Virus record (IMG/VR): IMGVR_UViG_3300025133_000074
Reading direction: 5' to 3' (one strand)
DNA from: an uncultured virus (IMG/VR IMGVR_UViG_3300025133_000074)
Taxonomy: Duplodnaviria; Heunggongvirae; Uroviricota; Caudoviricetes
Length of the DNA stretch: 64,000 nucleotides
In this document: positions 61,101-64,000 of the stretch, piece by piece
Layout: every line of letters starts with the position of its first letter
Position numbering within the stretch: the first letter of the stretch is position 1
Position numbers and translations under genes: made by a program
Notes under the pieces: model-generated
What the model was told of the DNA's origin: nothing
The model's input: the letters and a program-made list of their open reading frames with translations, nothing else
Database searches by the model: none

Positions 61101-64000
61101 CAGTAACGCGATTTAAAATGAGAATGCGAATAACAGAACCAGTAGGTCCTTTACATCATATTTCTAATATTGAACAAATAATTAATTCTCCTATATATAG
61201 TACTTCAAGTATATTGAATTTTCATACCGGATCGACAGATGTATTTGATTCGTCGAGTGCTTATGATAGCTCTAATCGATTAGTAACTAGTTATACATCA
61301 TCTTATATAGGACATCAATTAAGTGCATCTGCAAATACATCAGTACAATATACATTTACATCAGGTTCATTTACTCATAATCCTTACGGAGAAACAGGAT
61401 TTGTATCCGCATCCGGTGTTGCTACTATAATGACAGTACATGATACGCCTGCAACTATTATAGATAACATATTATTAGAAACAGAAACTTTTGGATATTC
61501 TGGAATAGCTACTCGCGATAGTCAAAGAAAGGTATTATACGGAGTACCGCATCATACAATTGCAGATACTAGTAGTTTGTCTTGGGAAAATCATGACTCC
61601 GCTTCATTATATGCATCGCAGTCAGTAACTCAATTCCAATTTAAAGCTCGTATTATCGAACCGATTGGATATCATATTACCGGATCAACAATACAAAAAC
61701 TTTATTATGCTACAGACACCGGAACATTGGCTCGTGTATCTGACATGAATAGTTTAGGAGAAGTATTGAGTGTAACTCCGACTCAAGACGAAGATATGAC
61801 AGAATTATTTGATGGCGCTACTGATGCAAATGTCAATTTAAGTGATAGTAACACTACAATTGTATGGAAATTTGAAACTCCACGTCGTATACAGCAAATA
61901 ATAATTAAATCTAATTGGACCTTAGGTATATCAGTTCCAATGAAAATTTACGGAAGTACTGACAATTTGAATTATTCGTTAATTGGAAATAGTTCTGTTT
62001 CTGATCATGATGTTATAAGTGATACGTTAAATGTATCAACTCCAATATCTTATTATAAAATAGAAATAGAGGATACAGATTTATACGGTATATCTGAAAT
62101 TGAATTTTACGAATTAGAATTATCAGAAACATCAGTAACTGATAATATTGTTCTTGATACGTCAAAACCAAACAATTTTGAATCATCGAGTTCTATATAT
62201 AATTCAGATGGAAATTTAGTTTCTGAATATACATCATCCTGGATAGGACAACAATTATCATCTTCAAATTTTGATACCGGAACAAATTGGATATATACAA
62301 TAGGCCAAATAACACATGAACCAGTTGATGAAAGCGTAGTGGTATTAAATACTGCTATAATAAAATCAGCATCGATCAACATAAAAGATACCCAACCAAC
62401 CTTATTCTCAAACTTTAAAACAGAGACTGAAACGTTTGGCCATTCAAATATACCTGCACAAAATAGTACTCGTACAGTGTTATATGGAAATACTACCACA
62501 GATATCAATTCTGCATCATACGAATCGCACGTGAATTCTGGTTCATATGCATCACATTCTGTTGCAAGATTCCGTATAACCGCAACTATAACAGAACCGG
62601 TAGGACCTTTACATCATACTGCATCAGTTATTGAAAAAATGTTTAACGACGATGCTACCAAAACTGAAACAATATCATTTGGTACTGCATCAGCCGGGTT
62701 TGAAACATCTCGATCATTCTTCACAGAAGTTGGAGAATTTGTAACTGAATATACCACATCATTTGAAGGAAAGGCGTTAGCACCTGATACATGGAGCATA
62801 TCAACTACTGTAAAACATGATCCGTACGGAGAAAATTCTGCAAATTCAAGTTCATTCACTCCCACGACAATGATAGTAAATGATACGACACCAACTGCAA
62901 TTACTAATATTGTATATGAAACAGAGACATTTGGGTATTCAGAAACAGGAAGTACTGATGCAATGCGTACGGTATTATATGGCGTACCTAGACATACTAC
63001 AGCAGATTCGGCTTCATTTGAAAATCATGATTCTGCATCTGTATATGCATCTCATTCAGTATCACGATTCCGTATATTAACTACTATAACTGAACCGTTA
63101 GGTCCATTACATACAAGTTCTTTATTTACAGAAGAATGGTCAGAGCCAGGTGGTGATGAAATATTTACAAATTCACGAATATTTTCAACGGCATCAACTG
63201 ATACTGCGTCATCTGAAATTGCATATGATAGCCAAGATAGATTAGTATCTCATTACACATCATCATGGATTGGTCGGCAGTTATCATCAAGTGATAATTC
63301 ATCATTGACATGGAAATATACTTCCGGAAGTATAACACATACACCGGATGATTTGAGTGGATTTGTAACAACGTCTGGTGAGTCAACTCAATTGGTAGTA
63401 AATGATACCGCAGCACCAATTATAAAAAATGTTAGAATTGAATATGAATCATTTGGTGGTTCTAATATTGGTAGACAAAATATTGCAAATTTAGATAATA
63501 ATGCTTCTGACGTTTCAAGATCTATATTATATGGTGAAACATTGACTAGAGCTAATACAACTGGATTAGATGGACATCCTGGTATATATTCTACGTCATC
63601 AATGTTACAATTCCGTATTTTAGCAGATATAGAAGAACCAGTAGGACCATTACATCATACGGCATCTATATTAACTCAAATAAATAAATCAAATCATACA
63701 GCATTTGATGGATCAACGGGGACATCTCTTAAGATAGCAAGTCCAGTATTTAGTACATCATCTGCAGATATATATTATTCTCAATCTGCATATGATCCTG
63801 ATACAAGCCAATTAAAAGTATCATATACATCATCATGGATAGGATTAGCATTACCTAATAATTCGCATGACGTGGATACCGATATTTCCACATATTACGC
63901 AAATATATGGCATGGTTATCATCATAATGCATTTAATCCGGATAGTACAATAGACGCAATTCCAGATGATGGTTATGCTCATGGATTACATCCTTCTGGA
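55166..64000 (+). CDS. giant repeat protein (>2945 aa, 3'-truncated by window)
   Basis: ATG 55166 (MAGKHIFSSSQWVQSGS); same frame open at every point checked through to PDDGYAHGLHPSG at 64000; about 14 repeats of ~170 aa. Confidence 0.9.
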   Translation, partial: MAGKHIFSSSQWVQSGSTAEFKNGINVTGTVQADSFIGDGSNLTGIGTAVFFAGSGSGISGSPASSVDHVTELDAGAGATASAGYYRIETTSSADFNPNHFVFVKLTNQFETLQSGSEDFYVGVDRTDPPDSQGNAPFTNDLAPGVHRYIVYATDTGSAGSTQAVYTSAFIKGYVNVPPQIIAPVQSDAVRQIAHDANSLNYVMNFTASEEPNLDQGDFIRIFSASRLTTDPTAVETTVPNYALTMTHPDSNIPDSSILIATGTFDESGDYADQPGAGANASAIPNSQLFFSASITNYDVTSGTNDRIVNITTMQPCEENFEMTMFDNWYIFQSSSIEYSMSIVPPNTASINNIRLEFESGSYTGYATQSYRTTVLYDDVITRDNIDTLPNRYTSSLVRVAVMADITEPADYDPDPLHFTTVKIFSGSDVHLRLQSDSGIPRRHFQLFRFSGSTATGLFRATASTFLAPGADLLLSNVGGYSPTHSLGFTAFALSPQTFNYGFSGRASDLANTNYIAHGDYQHFSAQTGSVASLIIDPVPDIEISNIRVEVESGSFLTGEGAFERTASVLYGFTSSLQVTETSSLEGYEKSAEYISESVVRLRLLATVIEPFGPHHTKMISTLETSASSHPHSHVFEFHTGSGATHTASSEIAYDNQNRLVGHYTSSWINFNLKPGEYTFSASFDSATNAGRTITPGTYSEVSVSNTPATQITNIVYETETYGYSETGSTDTIRTVLYGVPRHTLANSSSFENHDSASVYASHSISRFRVLTDITEPFGPHHTASRFEKVWTAPGETSLNDIIHFSTASTDTASSAIDYDSSNRLFARYTSSWIGRQLSSSDNSSLTWKYTSGSITHTPDDLSGFTTASGLSTQLVVHDTDQIQLTNRIIEFEEHGYSASNEDGSTGETETSRTVLYGENHQISGISSSFENHIKADQYASQSVLRYRVKFKVTEPVGPAVGTIQIPIQRGIVPTYPIKTATTGSSDFLFINSIYDSQKRLVTDYTSSWQSGKNNELGESNHGGSEDFIYQIKDANVTSSLESQSENGINKAAQQEGTVTVHDTPATQITNIRYQTETFGYSKEPSTNTTRKVLYGVAHKTNEDSSSYENHDSASLYASQSVTRFRVLATITEPIGPLHTASRFEKAWTAGNESPITKVIHFSTASTDTASSDIAYNTSNQLVVHYTSSWLGEELASNNFNTGETWKYTSGSILHEPTNELGFTTASGESTTVTVFDTQPTIFSNFKTETETFGYSEIPIQEINRTVLYGNTTTDIDSASYESHANSGSYASQSVARFRVLATITEPVGPLQHTASVIEKMFNNDATKTETISFGTASAGFEASRSFFTEVGEFVTEYTSSWIGKALAPDTWSISTGSVTHDPAGENSANSSSFTSTTMIVNNTSQTAISDIVYETETFGYSEVESVNTTRKVLYGVPHHTTADTSSLSWKNYDSASLYASQSVSRFRIRARIIEPIGPLHTASRFEKVWTAPGETSLNDTIHFSTASTDTASATFTYNSSNEFVSLYTSSWIGVQLSSSDFNSGKQWKYTSGSILHKPTGETGFTTASGDSTTVTVFDTQPTVFSNFKTETETFGHSNIPIQISGRTVLYGNTTTDINSASYESHANSGSYASHSVARTRMLITITEPVGPLQHTASVIEKMFNNEAEKTETISFGTASSGFEASRSFFTEVGEFVTEYTSSWIGKTLAPDTWSISTGSVVHDPYGENSANSSSFTATTLTVTDTLPTQIDHVVYETEIVGYSEEGSTDAMRTVLYGVPHHTLPDSSSFEYHDKVDEYAQQSVTRFRIRARIIEPVGPLHTASLFEKVWTNSSDNQAFSSSIHFSSASTDTASSEIAYDDLDRLVAHYTSSWIGQQLSSSIGSAKTWTYTSGSILHEPTGENKFTTASGDSTQLVVNDTTKTQIDQIIYETETCGYSEVDSRNTLRTVLYGDRRVTNKTSQSLSWETHDSASLYASHSVTRFKMRMRITEPVGPLHHISNIEQIINSPIYSTSSILNFHTGSTDVFDSSSAYDSSNRLVTSYTSSYIGHQLSASANTSVQYTFTSGSFTHNPYGETGFVSASGVATIMTVHDTPATIIDNILLETETFGYSGIATRDSQRKVLYGVPHHTIADTSSLSWENHDSASLYASQSVTQFQFKARIIEPIGYHITGSTIQKLYYATDTGTLARVSDMNSLGEVLSVTPTQDEDMTELFDGATDANVNLSDSNTTIVWKFETPRRIQQIIIKSNWTLGISVPMKIYGSTDNLNYSLIGNSSVSDHDVISDTLNVSTPISYYKIEIEDTDLYGISEIEFYELELSETSVTDNIVLDTSKPNNFESSSSIYNSDGNLVSEYTSSWIGQQLSSSNFDTGTNWIYTIGQITHEPVDESVVVLNTAIIKSASINIKDTQPTLFSNFKTETETFGHSNIPAQNSTRTVLYGNTTTDINSASYESHVNSGSYASHSVARFRITATITEPVGPLHHTASVIEKMFNDDATKTETISFGTASAGFETSRSFFTEVGEFVTEYTTSFEGKALAPDTWSISTTVKHDPYGENSANSSSFTPTTMIVNDTTPTAITNIVYETETFGYSETGSTDAMRTVLYGVPRHTTADSASFENHDSASVYASHSVSRFRILTTITEPLGPLHTSSLFTEEWSEPGGDEIFTNSRIFSTASTDTASSEIAYDSQDRLVSHYTSSWIGRQLSSSDNSSLTWKYTSGSITHTPDDLSGFVTTSGESTQLVVNDTAAPIIKNVRIEYESFGGSNIGRQNIANLDNNASDVSRSILYGETLTRANTTGLDGHPGIYSTSSMLQFRILADIEEPVGPLHHTASILTQINKSNHTAFDGSTGTSLKIASPVFSTSSADIYYSQSAYDPDTSQLKVSYTSSWIGLALPNNSHDVDTDISTYYANIWHGYHHNAFNPDSTIDAIPDDGYAHGLHPSG
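56222..64000 (+). repeat. array of ~14 degenerate ~500-580 bp coding repeats
   Basis: Units start near 56222, 56801, 57305, 57824, 58376, 58898, 59396, 59924, 60422, 60944, 61466, 62411, 62906, 63428 with ETETFG.S, R.VLYG, ITEP.GP, YTSSW motifs. Confidence 0.85.

Noticed and set aside
57649..63357. 105-bp repeat pair as DGR template/variable regions
   Set aside because: Copies are identical rather than differing at adenines, both lie in the same ORF, and no reverse transcriptase is in the window
58495..63419. Short repeated minus-strand and off-frame ORFs in the track
   Set aside because: Shadows of the giant + strand ORF; they recur because the underlying repeats recur
1..64000. Stop-codon reassignment as seen in some large phages
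   Set aside because: Core genes are intact under the standard code; TAG ends ligase, protease and capsid genes at the expected places and TGA is also used as a stop
1..64000. tRNA, rRNA, introns or inteins
   Set aside because: Intergenic gaps are short with no cloverleaf seen; terminase, portal, primase and ligase are uninterrupted and of ordinary size

Overview
AT-rich, almost entirely + strand, gene-dense segment of a large T4-like (myovirus-type) dsDNA phage read with the standard code. Bacteroidota-style promoters (TTTG-N19-21-TAnnTTT[A/G]) and a Bacteroidia-like bS21 suggest a Bacteroidota host (inference). Order: accessory/early genes (methyltransferase, ATP-dependent DNA ligase, ClpP, HD protein, gp55-like sigma factor), baseplate cluster, T7-endoI-like nuclease, primase, fused SbcD-SbcC, 1777-aa fibre plus a separate S74 chaperone gene, probable internal head proteins (including a nucleotidyltransferase/ligase-like fusion), holin, terminase, portal, prohead protease, ribosomal protein bS21, scaffold, major capsid protein, PhoH, fibre-like genes, and a giant (>2945 aa) repeat protein that runs off the window and is missing from the ORF track. 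Main leads: (1) a possible transcription/translation switch built from a phage sigma factor, a recurrent ATATTTAT motif, SD-bearing late genes and an SD-less bS21; (2) a putative protease-processed, virion-packaged NTase/ligase polyprotein; (3) the mosaic giant repeat protein; (4) a structured leader before the scaffold-capsid operon; (5) an unannotated antisense membrane peptide. All family assignments come from motif recognition by eye; no searches were run.
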